64,000 nt of DNA from Sphyrna mokarran (GCA_024679065.1 JAGIQG010000016.1:49352001-49416000); one strand, 5' to 3'. Positions 37,970 to 50,617 are shown, counted from the first letter of the stretch. Numbers and translations: made by a program. The notes: generated by a model from the letters alone, not told the origin.

Positions 37970-38450
37970 GATTTTGATTTGATTTGATTTATTATTGTCA
38001 CATGTATTAACGTAAGTGAAAAGTATTGTTTCTTGTGCACTATACAGACAAAACATACCATTCATTAAGAAGGAAACAAGAGAGTGAAGAATGTATGTTA
38101 TAGTCATAGGTAGAGTATATAGAAAGATCAGCTTAGTGAGAGGTATGTCCATCCAGAAGTCTGATGACACCAGGAAGAAGCTGTTCTTGAGTCGATAGGT
38201 ACATGACCTCACACTTTTGTATCTTTTTCTCAAAGGAAGAAGATGGGTGAGAGAATGTCCAGGGTGCTTTGGGTCCTTAATTATGCTGGCTGCTTTTCTA
38301 AGGCAACGGGAAGTGTAGACAGAGTTGATGGATGGGAGATTGGTTTGCATGATGGATTGGGCCACATTCTCAACTTTTGTAGTTTCTTGTGGTCTTGAGC
38401 AGAGTAGGAGCCATTCCAAGCTGTGATACAACCAGAAAAAATGCTTTCAA
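37970..38450 (-). mobile_element. Rex1/Babar LINE 3' end
   Basis: ESIFSGCITAWNGSYSAQDHKKLQ / VAQSIMQTNLPSINSVYTSRCLRKAASIIKDPKHPGHSL..LLP..KRYKS...RLKNSFF; (aaatc)n tail. Confidence 0.9.
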
Positions 38451-40244
38451 ATGTTAGAGCATCTGAGTACTCTAACACTTGTGATTTGAGATACATGTAC
38501 CTTTAAGTACAATTGCCTTTATCTTAAACTGATGTAAATCTATGCCATCAAGAAGTGATGTATTAGTCTCATGGCTTGTATTCAGTCCATTAGCAGCAGT
38601 AGGAATCAAAATTGGATAATCAGCCATAATCGTAATGAATGGCAGAGCAGGCTCAAAGGGTCAAATGGCCTTCTCCTGCTTCTACCTTCTATGTGTCTAT
38701 GCATATGCATAATAGATCAGTTAACTCTAACCGCATATAGTCTTATTGTCAAATAAAGATCAACATTAGTTATCTCCCTAATCCTTTTCATGTGATTGGT
38801 ATAGAATAGAGAAAAACAGAATCTGGCAGCAAAGTTTTATGTAATGATTTATTCAGTCACAATGGTGCAGATCTTCTGGTCTCTGGACAGTCAGACCCAG
38901 AGGTACCACGGAGACCCCTCTGAAGTCCCAACTCAACAATTCTCCGCAAAGTGCCTGAAATGTTTCAACTTGTGATGTGTAATTCCCCTTAATCCAGAAC
39001 CCTCCAAAAACATTCTCCCTGAGTAGAGAGTTTGGAGGGTTCCAACTTACTTACCCGGATAGTTACCCAGGAAATTTTGGGCAGGAAAAAAGTCTTCTCA
39101 CTCCTGGATAACTATACAACTGACCACCACAACTGCCAATGAATCCTTCTCTGATTCCTTCTCAAATACTCTAACATCTGCAATTGTGTGAGGGTGAAGT
39201 GAGGCTATGAATGTTTTGTTGTCACGTTAGTGAAACTTGTCGGTAGGTGAATGATGGAGATGTGAGGCACTGAACAGTGTGACGATGCTGGTGTAGTTTG
39301 TGGGACTTTGCATTTGAGATGCATTCATGAGTGGATGAGTTCATCTGCAAAAGTGTATGAGTGAGTCAATATCAGTGTATGAGTGAGACAACGTGAGTCT
39401 GGATCAGTGACTGGATGTGAGTGAGAACACTGAGAATATGAGTGTGCAAGACAAATACATACCCTGCCTGCCTCCTCTCTCCCTCCCTCCGCAAAAACCT
39501 ACCCCACCCCTTCTCTGATAACCAGAACTTTGGGCCGTGTGTGTTGCTCTAGCTCTGCCTGTCAGTGAAAAGGCAAAGAAAAGTTTTTATTGGTGAACTT
39601 TGCTACTTGGCACTTTTCAATGGTCATTTTTACCACTAATTTTATTTTAAATTATTAATTTATTCCTTTGACATTGATTCTGCAGTTTGATGTTGTGTCG
39701 TAATTTACCTTGCTGAACTTTACTCATCAGTCTCTTGAATAAGGAAAAAAATAGAACTCAGCCCCTCACGTGAATAGCTGGACAAGCCTCTTTAATTAGC
39801 ATAGCTAGCTTTAAATGGTGTTAGTCTGTCACGACTTTGCACCCCCTGCTGAGGTATGCACCCACTCAACAGAGCACTGAGTGCTGGCAATCATTTAAGT
39901 GAATAGGTGATATGGAGTTGGCATGTGGTTTGTTTCAGAAACTTTGAGTCAGGTTAATCACTCTTTGTCAGTCCTGTGCCTGTTTTTGGAGGGCTATCAA
40001 ATTTTGCCTCCTTTGCTTCCATAATGTCTTCAATTAAGTCCCACCCTCTTAAGTGGCTTTTTCACTATCGACATTATATAAAGTCTGCATTTTCATTCTG
40101 TTCGAGCTTCTTATGAGAAGCAAAAAACATGCATGATGGAGTTACTTTACCATCAGCCAACGAAAATGAGCATAAGTCACAGTCAGGGTTAAAAAACAAG
40201 ATTACTCTCAGGTAAGAACTTTCAATACTACTTCAATTTGTTCA

Positions 40245-40742
40245 GGGAAATAATGGGAGGAGGTACGATAGACACATTTAAGGGGTAACTAGATGAATAG
40301 GATCGGAATGGAAGGATATGGATTCTATAAGTGCATACAGTTTTAGTCTAGGTTGCATGGTAGCACAGTGGTTAGCACTGCTGCTTCACAGCTCCAGGAC
40401 CTGGGTTCGATTCCCAGTTCAGATTACTGTCTATGTGGAGTTTGCACATTCTTCTCGTGTCTGCATGGGTTTCCTCTGAGTGCTCTGGTTTCCTCCCATA
40501 GTCCAAAGATGAGCCAGTTTTGTTGATTGGTCATGCTAAAATTGCCCCTTCATATCTTGAGATGTGTAGGTTAGAGAGATTAGCAGGTAAAATATGTGGA
40601 GGTAGGGCTTAGGTGGGATTGTGGTCAGTGCAAACTTGAAAAGTCTCTTTCTGCACTGTAGGGTTCTATGATTTTATGATTGGCACAACCTTGGAGGGCC
40701 AAAGGGCCTGTGCCTATGCCAAGCTGTTCTTTGTTCTTTGTT
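40245..40742 (+). mobile_element. CR1 3' end with nested V-SINE (about 40355-40680, tail A)
   Basis: acatttaaggggtaactagatg...ggaaggatatgg before the SINE, and ggcacaaccttggagggccaaagggcctg...gttctttgttctttg after it. Confidence 0.85.
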
Positions 40743-41410
40743 TGTACCAACTGCTTAATCATGTGCATTTCACACAGAAGGTAATATTTTAGAATTAATT
40801 CTCAAAAAATATCATATATTAGGAGGTCTTCTCTCAGACCATCCATATGTTTATGTCAGCCAGTGAGAGGAAGAGCAAGACATGATTCAGCTGATTCAAA
40901 GTCAAAGAACAAAGGCAGGGATGGAGGTGAGTGGCTGTGGGAAGGGAAAAGGATAGTGGGAAAGTCAAAGTGTAATTAACACATCTTTCTTTATCACACT
41001 ATGTCAAAGAAGAAAAAGAGAAAGAGCAAAGCAGAGAACAGAGAAACAAAAAAGAAGGCAGAGACAAAAGAGAAAATAGAGAGGGAGAGACAGAGAACAT
41101 GAGGACAATAAACAGGTAACAGAGGGATCATATTCTCTGACATACTGAGCATAATGTTGCCATGAGAGATACATTACATACCAAAATCTTTAAGTGTCAA
41201 TCCTTGAGCAATGATGTGTGAATATCAGCAACAAATTCCTACAGTGCAATTCTTCTTCCTAAGGTTGTAAAGCGATCTTGGTTCTTTGAATATTTACAAG
41301 GTGTTTGTTTTTAAAACAAACACAGATGCAGTCACTAAAAAAGTTTGGTGAACTAGCTGTGGTTATCCACGTGATGTATTATAAAATTAGTCAATTACCC
41401 AATCTAATTG

Positions 41411-41728
41411 TAGCATGGTGACACAGCAGTTAGCATTGCTGCCTCACTGCACCAGGGTACCAGGTTCAATTCTGTTTGGGTCACTGTCTGTGCGGAGATT
41501 GCACGTCCTCCCCTTGCCTGCAGAGTTTCCTCCGGATGTTCCGGTTTCCTCCCACAGTCCAAAGGTGTGCAGTTAGGTTGATTGACCATGCTCAATAACC
41601 CCTTAGTGTCAAGGGGATTATCAGGATAAATACATGGGATTACAAGGGTAGGGCCTGGGTAGAATTGTTGCCAGTGTAGACTCAATGGGCCAAATGGCTT
41701 CCTTCTATAATGAAGGGATTCTATGATT
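41411..41728 (+). mobile_element. V-SINE, tail type A
   Basis: tRNA head, V-domain tttcctccggatgttccggtttcctcccacagtccaaag, tail gggattctatgatt. Confidence 0.9.
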
Positions 41729-42179
41729 TTCTGAAATTATGGAAATTTGTCAAGTCAAATCTTTGGGAAGGGCTGGTGTCATCAATTAAAAACTTTAATG
41801 GAGGTGTTAAAAAACAAAAACAATTCACTGGATAAATTTAATCTAATCTAAATTTCACTAGATGGAGAGAGAGAGAGAGAAAAAAACATTGCTTTCCAGC
41901 TTGATGTCCCTTCTATAACTAAAAACTGCCAAAATAAGAAATGAAACTTTGAGTTCACGAGGTAGGAAAGAAACTGTCTAAAGTGCATGACCTTCCTCCT
42001 AACAATGCAGGGTCATAAAAAGTTCCAAAGCAAAAATAAACAAACTCCATTTATAACACTGAAGGAGCAATGAAAGGACTTTTCCAATCAATTCAGCAAC
42101 AAAGACATAAGCTGAGCCTGGGAGAGCTGCAGGGAACATAATTTTAAAAAGACATTTCTTTAAGATACACTAACTTCAC

Positions 42180-43414
42180 ACATGCCATTCTTTTTAGTTA
42201 TCATAACATCCTTCAATTTTTAAGCCATCTAATATTGATGTCCTCTTCCTTCCTCTTCCACTTTTTCCTTGAAATTTTTCTTCCATAACTTCCTTTACAA
42301 ATGGTTAGCACTGCTGCCTCATAGCACAAAGGGACCCAGATTTGATTCCTGCCTTGGGTCTTCTGTCTGTGAGGAGTCTGGACATTCTCCCTATGTCTGT
42401 GCAGGTTTCCTCTGAGTGTTCCAGTTTCCTTCCACAGCCCAAATTACATACTGGCTATGTTTAATTCTCCCTCAGTGTAGCTAAACAAACATCGATGTGC
42501 GGCAACTAAGGGATTTTCGCAGTAACCTTATTGTTGTGTTAATGCAAGCCTACTTGTGACACTAATGAATAAACTCTAAACTTTAAAATCTTTCAGTCCA
42601 TTTTCTCTTAAAATCTGTCTTACCCATGTTTTTTTTCCAAATTACATTTAACATATTTCTGTTCGTTCATTTCTACAGCATTCGATCATTTGTTACTTTT
42701 GTATCCAGCACATTCTTCCCATTCTCCACTTCAAAGATCTTTAGCAAGTTGCACTCCTCTTCCTGTAAGGTCTACGCCTTACACCCATCCAAAACAACAT
42801 TCCACAACAAGCTCTTTACAAGTCACTTAACGAGTTGTCTACTCAATTTTCCAGTTAACGACCATTTCTAAACATAGAATTTCCCATTGCTAACCTTGTT
42901 CTTATTTGCATCTCCTAGCTTTCTTAATACTTGAATTCTTGCATCTGTTCCAGTTCTCTTCCCTCTATGAATATTTATCGGTGGTTTTGAGATGCGCGTT
43001 ACGTTGGTTTTGTCAATGTTCGCTTTCATTCCAAAGTTCATACCTGCTGTTACTAGTCTATTAGTTGTTTGTAATCCTTCTTCTCTGCTTATAACAAGTG
43101 CTTTATCATCTATAAGTCTAACTGATATTATAATTCACAACCCATGATCTTGACACCAGTTTTTGTCTTCAAATACTTCTTTGATCATTGCTTCTACATA
43201 GACACTGAAAAGGACTGATAAACAACACTGTTGCGGAAATGTTTTTCCGATTACTCGTGCTTCTGATTTCCTGTTAGCTACGGTCACAGTTGCTGTTTAC
43301 CCCATGTACAGATTTGTCTCTCTCTTTAGCCTACCCCAAAGTCTTGCGGCACTATCAAAAGCTTCATCCAGTCAACCTGACTGAATGCTTTCTCCAAATC
43401 TATAAAACATACAA
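42180..43414 (-). mobile_element. RTE-clade LINE, 3' half (RT domain 3 to C-terminus), degraded
   Basis: VCFIDLEKAFSQVDW, LYMG.TATV.VA, QQCCLS.LFSVYVEAMIKE, VRLIDDKALV, GMKANIDKT, KSLLWNVVL.GC, KFQGKSGRGRKRTSILDGLK. Confidence 0.85.
42300..42585 (+). mobile_element. V-SINE, tail type B, nested in the RTE
   Basis: ggttagcactgctgcctca head; tail gcctacttgtgacactaatgaataaactctaaacttt. Confidence 0.88.
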
Positions 43415-44960
43415 TTTCTGTCCCAACTTGAAACTGCATTCAATCATTAATCCTAATCATGCCTATATACACCCTGGAACACACAAAAAGGTGATATACA
43501 GAGGAAATGTTTGGTGATACGGGAAACTGGACTAAAGGATGGTAAAACAAAGATGCAAGAATAGTGTTAAGAACTCAAACATCAGCTGGAAGCCGATGCA
43601 TAATCAAGTCATCATCTTGTTAAAATGGAAACAGTGTTCCAGCTAAGGTAGAATGCACAGAAAACAATGAAACACAGAGGGGCTGAAGTGAGTAAATGAA
43701 GAATTTGAAAATAAAGTAATCAAAGCAAAAGCTAGAAACATGGAAACAGATTGAAAAATCTGCCAAGGCAGAAGGGGAAACTAGGGAAAAGAGGGAAAAG
43801 GGCCAAGAAGCTCTTGGCATGATGGCACAGTAGTTAGCACTGAAGCCTCACAGTGCCTTAGACTCAGGTTCAATTCCAGCCTTGTTTGTGTAGAGTTTGT
43901 ACATTCTCGTTGTGTCTGCTTGAATTTCACCTGGGTGTTCCAGTTTTCTCCCATAATCCAAAAGATGTCCAGGTTAGGTAGATTGGTAAATTGTCCCTTA
44001 GTGTCCTAAGGTTAGGGGCTTAGCAGGGTAAACACATTGGATTATCACGATGGGTGGGATGCCCTTGAGAGTCACTGCAGACTCGGTGGGCTGAATGGCC
44101 TCCTTTTGCACTGTTGGGATTCAATGAAACCATGGGTTACAATGGCAATGTTGTAAAAGGTGGAAAAAAGGGAGAAAATGGAATGATATCAACACTGAAG
44201 GAGGCAAGCTGAAATACAGACCATTGAATGATGAATTAAGAAGAGAAATGAAGACAGCAGGAGAAAAGTGGTTAAATGTGCAGTGAACAAATACGTATGG
44301 CTGAAGAATTGGAATGCCTAGGAAAGATCAGACCATACGGATGCAAAAGCAAAGGAAATAAATGGCACTTAGCATAAAGAACTGAAAACAACTGCGGTAG
44401 AGAATGAGGAAGGTATTCTGTCAACAAGCCCTGATGAAATAAGACAAAGATGGAAAGGGCATATTGAAGAACTGTACACAAAAAATAAAAAGCATGAACT
44501 GATCGAGCTGGAAGAGAGTAATGTTGATATCAATTTTATTGGATCAGATATAGTGGAGAATGAGATAGGAGCAGAATTAAATGAGATAAAAATCAGAAAA
44601 GTGGTTGGGATAGATGAAATACCTACAGAGTTGTTTCAAAGCAACTTACCATCATTATTTATAAAGCTGTGTAAAGATATTTAATTATCAGGAGAATGGC
44701 CAGGGGACTTCATGTCGATAATGGTTAGCATAAGAAAGAAGCCACAAAGGCATGCTGACGTTTTGACTTTGATTCAATTCATCTGATTGCCCATTGCTTT
44801 GCAGCTTATGTTCAGAGTTATTACAAAGAGAGTGAAGACACAGAACTACATCAGAAATGACCAGTCTCGATTCCAGGAAGGAAGTGGGACAAAAGAAGCA
44901 ACCAGTGTTATGAGTTTAATGAGTAAACGCAGTTTAGAATTTGGACATGAATCATATATT
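43413..44960 (+). mobile_element. RTE-clade LINE, 5' part (APE C-terminus, linker, RT domains 0-2), inverted relative to its 3' half
   Basis: MVKQRCKNSVKNS, KPWVT, LNDELRRE, EIRQRWKGHIEELY, VGIDEIPTELFQ, GEWPGDF, DQSRFQEGSGTKEA...RSLEFGHESYI. Confidence 0.85.
43815..44125 (+). mobile_element. V-SINE, tail type A, nested in the RTE
   Basis: tRNA head, V-domain, tail ggctgaatggcctccttttgcactgttgggattcaatg. Confidence 0.85.
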
Positions 44961-45061
44961 AATACCTTAGAAAGAAAGTCATGATTTTTTTTTCACAAGA
45001 CATTTTAAGTAATTTTAGTGAGAAAAGTTAATAAACCACCATCTTTTCTTAAATTTCTGCC

Positions 45062-45422
45062 ATAGGATGTAGCATTACTGACAAGGCCTGCATTTGTTGT
45101 CCATCCTTAATTGCCCTTGACTGAGTGGCTTACTAGACCATATCAGAGGTTGGTTAGTACTCAACCACATTTCTGTGGGTCTGGAGTCACACATAAACCA
45201 GAACAGGTTATGGGACAGCAGATTTCCTTCCCAAGTGAACCAAATGGATTTTTACAACAATGTGTGACTGTGTCATAGCCACTGTTACTAACAATGGATT
45301 TTAATTCCAGATTTGCTTAACTGTATTTAAATTCCACCAGTTGCCATGACAGAATTGAACCTATGGCCCCAGAGCTTTAGCCTAGGCCCTGGATTGTTAG
45401 TCAGTGACATTACCACTATGGT
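45062..45422 (-). mobile_element. tRNA-headed shark SINE of a different family
   Basis: Minus head atagtggtaatgtcactgact...ggttcaattc; body aagggaaggaaatctgc-like and gtgactccagacccacag; tail aagggcaattaaggatggacaacaaatgc. Head fragment also at about 27490-27570. Confidence 0.7.
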
Positions 45423-45794
45423 GTGCCAGAGAGGTACAAGAGGCCAATGTTCAGGTTATCATTTCAAATGCTATTAAAGGCTCACTAAGTTTAGTGTTGT
45501 CCAATAGAAATCACTGACTAATTATAGGAACCACAGTTTTAATCACACATTAATTTTAGTACAGCACGCCTTACATACATCCACACAATATTGATAAATG
45601 AACTTCACCAGTATATATTTACTGAACAATTCAATGTGAATCTTTAGAATTCTGGACTGAGATTTCCAGACACAGCAGAAAATATTTTACCACCAAGAAT
45701 TGGAGCGGACAACAGACAATATCCATTGAACTCGGACAGGATTTTCTGGTCTCGCTCGAGTGAGGCCGTAAAATCCCATCCAGCATGTTATTTA

Positions 45795-46070
45795 TAAAGT
45801 TTATTTATTTATTAGTCAGAAGTAAGGCTTATATTAAAGCTGCAATGAAGTTACTGTGAAATTCCCCTAGTCGCCACAATCCAGCACCTGTTTGGGTCAA
45901 TGCAGCTAACCAGCACGTCTTTCAATGGGAGAAAACCAGAGCACCTGGAGGAAACTCACACAGACATGGAGAGAACCTACAAACTCCACATAGACAGTGA
46001 CCCAAGCCAGGAATCGAACATGGGTCCCTGGCACTATGAAGCAGTAGTGCTCGCCACTGTGCCACCATGC
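45795..46070 (-). mobile_element. V-SINE, tail type B
   Basis: aaagtttatttatt...gcaatgaagttactgtgaaattcccctagtcgccac...ggaggaaac...gccactgtgccacc. Confidence 0.9.
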
Positions 46071-46086
46071 CATTCCCATTAGTACA

Positions 46087-48345
46087 TAGAACATAGAACA
46101 TTACAGCGCAGTACAGGCCCTTCGGCCCTCGATGTTGCACCGGCCAGTGGACCCTCTAACCTAAACTATTCCAATATCATCCATATGCCTATCCACTGAA
46201 CATTTGAATGCCCCCAAAGTAGGCGAGTCCACAACTGCTGCGGGCAGGGCATTCCACTCTCTCACCACCCTCTGTGTAAAGAACCTGCCTCTGACATCTG
46301 TCCTATAACTACCACCTCTTAATTTAAAGAGATGTCCCCTCATGTTGGTCATCACCATCCAAGGAAAAAGGCTCTCACTATCCACCCTATCCAATCCCTT
46401 TATCATCTTAAATGCCTCAATTAGGTCACCGCGTAACCTTCTTCTCTCTAATGAAAATAACCTCAGGTCCCTCAGCCTTGCCTCATAAGGCCTTCCCACC
46501 ATACCAGGCAACATCCTGGTAAACCTCCTCTGCACCCTTTCCAATGCTTCCACATCTTTCTTATAATGCGGCGACGAGAACTGTACGCAATACTCCAAGT
46601 GCGGCCGCACCAGAGTTTTGTACAGTTGTAACATAACCTCACGGCTCCTAAATTCAATCCCTCTACCAATAAAAGCTAACACACTGTACGCCTTCTTAAC
46701 AGCTTTATCAACCTGGGTGCCACCTTTCAAAGAGCTATGTACTTGTACCCCAAGATCCCTCTGCTCAACAACACTATTAAGGGTCCTTCCATTAGCCCTA
46801 TATTTCATATGCCTGTTTTTCCTACCAAAGTGAATCACCTCACACTTATCCGTATTGAATTCCATTTGCCACCTCACGGCCCAGCTCTGCAACCTATCTA
46901 TGTCCCTCTGCAAACTGTAACATCCATCCTCGCTGTCTACAACTCCCCCCACTTTGGTATCGTCAGCAATTTACTAATCCAACCCTCTACACCCTCATCT
47001 AGGTCATTTATAAAAATGACAAACAGTAGTGGCCCCAAAACAGATCCTTGAGGTACACCACTTGTAACTGCACTCCAGGTTGAATATTTCCCATCAACCA
47101 CCACCCTCTGTCTTCTATCAGCTAGCCAATTCCTAATCCAAACTGCTAAATTACCTTCAATTCCATGCATCTGCACTTTCTGCAGTAGCCTACCGTGGGG
47201 AACCTTATCAAACGCTTTGCTAAAATCCATATACACTACATCAACTGCCTTACCCTTATCTACCTCTTTGGTCATCTCCTCAAAAAACTCAATAAGGTTT
47301 GTGAGGCACGACCTACCCTTCACAAAACTGTGCTGACTATCCCTAATCAATTTATTCCTCTCTAGATGCTTATAAATCCTATCCCTTATAATTCTTTCCA
47401 AGACCTTGCCCACAACAGAAGTCAGGCTCACCGGTCTATAATTTCCAGGATGGTCCCTACTCCCCTTTTTGAAAAGAGGGACAACATTTGCCATCCTCCA
47501 GTCTTCCGGCACTATACCTGTAGCTAACGACGACATGAAGATCAAAGCCAAAGGCTCTGCAATCTCCTCTCTAGCCTCCCAGAGAATCCTAGGGTAAATC
47601 CCATCTGGCCCAGGGGACTTATCAATTTTCATACCCTCAAGATTCGCTAACACCTCCTCCTTATGAGCCTCAATCCTACCCAGTCTACAACCTGGTATCG
47701 TAGTATTCTCCCCGACAACACTGTCTTTCTCCTGTGTGAATACTGACGAAAAATACTCATTCAGTGTCTCTCCTATCTCCTCAGGCTCCACGCACAACTT
47801 CCCACTGCTATCTCTGACTGTCCCTAATCTTGCCCTAACCAATCTTTTATTATTTATATACCTGTAAAAAGCTTTAGGATTCTCCTTAATCCTATCCGCC
47901 AAAGTCTTCTTGTGTCCTCTTCTAGCTGTTCTCAACTCCCTCTTTAGCTCCTTCCTGGCTAATTTATAGCTCTCCAATGCCCTAACTGAGCCTTCATGTC
48001 TCATCATTATATAAGCCTCCTTCTTCCTCTTCACCAGAGATTCAACTTCCCTAGTACACCACGGTTCCCTCACTTGACCACTTCCTCCCTGCCTGGCAGG
48101 TACATATTCATTAAGGACATGCAGAAGCTGTTCCTTAAATATGCTCCACATTTCAGATGTCCCCATCCCCTGCAATTTCCTGCTCCACCCTATGCATCCT
48201 AAATCTCTCCTAATAGCCTCATAATTACCTTTCCCCCAGCTATAACTACTGTTATTTGGTATGTGCCCATCCCTTTCCATCACTAAGGTAAACGTAACCA
48301 AATTGTGGTCACTATCACCAAAGTGCTCACCCACCTCCAAGTCTG
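46087..48345 (-). mobile_element. Young 5'-truncated CR1 (HER1-like) LINE; ORF2 from APE C-terminus through RT with a single frameshift
   Basis: [55 protein letters not shown], then -1 nt at 46968-46969 in SK(F)ADD; continues to IGIV* at 46161. (tgttcta)n tail; GTACA at both flanks (46082-46086, 48346-48350). Confidence 0.97.
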
Positions 48346-48377
48346 GTACAGCTTGTTGGAACACAGTAACAAAAATG

Positions 48378-48503
48378 GGGGTGGAAATTTCTTGTCCCAC
48401 CCGCTTCAGGAACTGTAGCGGTTGGTGGCCGGACCATGCAATGGTCCATTGACCATGGGCAGGATTTTCCAGTCTTGGGCGAGCACAGCCGCAAAATCCT
48501 GCC
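48378..48503. mobile_element. ~130-bp MITE with internal duplicate of the terminal motif
   Basis: ggggtggaaatttc...gggcaggattttcc...gcaaaatcctgcc. Confidence 0.7.
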
Positions 48504-48509
48504 ATAGGC

Positions 48510-48750
48510 CTCTCAATCCTGTTAAACAAGATCATCGCTGATCTCTGACCTAAATCCAACTTTTTCCACACATCTTTTAATTGCTTTGATGGTTCAAACT
48601 CAGATTTAAATAACTGGTCTAGCATCAACTTCCATTCTAGAGAGTTCCAAATTTCTACCACCCTTTGCACATGGATATGCTTCCTAATTGCACAGTTCAA
48701 AGGCCAGTTTGTAATTTTTAGGCTACACCAAGTTCTAGACTTTCCAACTT
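48510..48750 (-). mobile_element. Old CR1 3' end fragment
   Basis: [10 protein letters not shown] on minus; gatcatcgctgatct tail motif. Confidence 0.65.
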
Positions 48751-49574
48751 CTAGGGCTCCAGAGCTTTATTCAGTAGTTTCTCTTCCCCGCCCCACCCCA
48801 CTCCCCACCCTGCAACTTAAGTGATTGGATGTACAAAAGATACACAGTAAAATGCAGGCAGAGAGAAACTTTAAAGAAAAGGAAGTGAAGAGAAAAGCAA
48901 AAGAAAAATAAAAGGAAGAGGTATAGACAATTATTCAACTCATGAAAGAAACGAAAAGCTGTCAAAATAACAAATACAAGGTTTGTTGGACTGAGTCAAT
49001 TTTTTCATTGATCCACGTAAGATACATTTAATCTTTCCTAGTTTAAGAAAAGTCATCATCTCCTTGGCCCACTGCAAGTGAGAGAGTGGAGCCACAGATT
49101 TCCAAATGAATAAGTCAATGCGCAAGCAATGAGGTGAAGGCCAAAGCGTTTGACTGGCAATGATCTACCTATGTTGTCTGGAATTACCCCTAAAATACCA
49201 ATAATCGGAATAATATCAACATGTTTTTCACACATGGATGATAAAGTTGAGAACACAGTACCAGAAAGTAGACGACCTTGGACATAACCAAAACATATGA
49301 ACCAGTATTGCAGGATCCAAATGATAACTCACACAGACAGGAGCCAGTCCACAGTATATCCCCGCTAATCAAGCTCTGGAGAGACAGAGTCAATAAAGAA
49401 CATTAAACAGAAACAGGCCACGTCCAATATACAGTGATGAAGAATTTATTCTGAAAGGAATCAACTGCCATAGGCTGCCAGAAAGTTCACTATTTAATTC
49501 CTGCTCCCAAGTTGCCTTAATGTCAGCCAAAGATGAATGAAAGAATTTGTGTTATAAATGCATGAAGCAGAATG

Positions 49575-49645
49575 ATTTTCACAGTAACTTCACTGCAGTG
49601 TGAATGTAAGTCTACTTATGACTAATACATTAAACTTTAACTTTA
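49575..49645 (+). mobile_element. Solo V-SINE type-B tail (5'-truncated insertion)
   Basis: gattttcacagtaacttcactgcagtgtgaatgtaagtctactt...aaactttaacttt. Confidence 0.75.
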
Positions 49646-49847
49646 ACATTACGGGATTAATAGTTTTACAAAGACCAGTGAGACCATCAAGAATTGGAAA
49701 AGGAATGGAAGCAAAACGTTTCCTGGAGAAACTGCAAACCTTTTGTAACCTAAAAAATAATGAGGTTTAAGAGTACCATGCTCCCTTACTGAATAATCAA
49801 ATGTACCCTCAAAGCAAAAGTCTTTAAAAACTTTTAAAAAGTCAGAT

Positions 49848-50140
49848 GGGGTGGCACAGTGGTTAACACTGCTGCCTCACAGCACCACGGACCCAAGTTC
49901 AATTCTCGGCTTGGATCACTGTCCGAAGTCTGCATCTTCTTCCCATGCCTGCGTAGGTTTCCTCCAGGTGCTTTGGTTTTCTCCCACTATCTGAAAAATG
50001 TGCAGGTTAGGTGCATTGGCCATGCTAAATTCTTCCTTGGTGTATCCAAACAGGTGCCGGAGTGTGGCGACTCAGGCATTTTCACAGTAACTTTATCGCA
50101 GTGTTACTGTAAGCCTACTTGTAACGAGTAAATAAACTTG
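49848..50140 (+). mobile_element. V-SINE, tail type B
   Basis: gtggcacagtggttaacactgctgcctcacag head; tail gtaagcctacttgtaacgagtaaataaactt. Confidence 0.9.
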
Positions 50141-50356
50141 AAATCTGGACCAAAAGTGGAAAGTTGAATTGGTTAGAGGAGTTGGGAAAAATTGATTTGA
50201 ATGGATAGGAATAGAGGGAGGCAGAGTGAAAATGTCAGTCGTTTCAGACAGTTTTTGACTGTATCAGAATCATTTCTGAAAATATTGACTCAAATAATCA
50301 AGTTGAGTGTAGGACACAGTTTGGTGGCAGTAATTCTCAAAACAGGATTTTTTTTT

Positions 50357-50617
50357 TAAGTTTATTTATTCACCACAAGCAGGCTTACATTAACACTGCA
50401 ATGAAGTTACTGTGAAAATCCCCTAGTCACCATACTCTGGCGCCTGTTTGGGTACACTGAAGGAGAATTTAGCATGGCCAATTCAACAAACCTGCATATC
50501 TTTGGAGTGAAACCCACACAGATACCAGGAGAACATGCAAACTCCACCCAGACAGTGACCCAAGCCAGGAATCAAACCCAGGCTCCTGGCACTGTGAGAC
50601 AGCAGTGCTAACCACAT
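50357..50617 (-). mobile_element. V-SINE, tail type B
   Basis: Reverse copy; forms an inverted pair with 49848-50140. Confidence 0.9.

Noticed and set aside
37901-38431. 176-aa ORF as a host gene
   Set aside because: It is the frameshifted C-terminus and 3' UTR of a Rex1/Babar LINE.
46937-48700. 587-aa ORF as a novel chimeric RT gene
   Set aside because: The first ~117 aa are chance read-through across an old CR1 tail and a MITE. The rest is the 5'-truncated CR1 ORF2, frameshifted at the catalytic motif.
49880-49892. REST/RE1-like CAGCACCACGGAC in a neuronal gene intron
   Set aside because: It is a drifted V-SINE tRNA head (cagcgccagggac) and lacks the AGCGCC right end. A similar half-site at 37923 has the wrong spacing.
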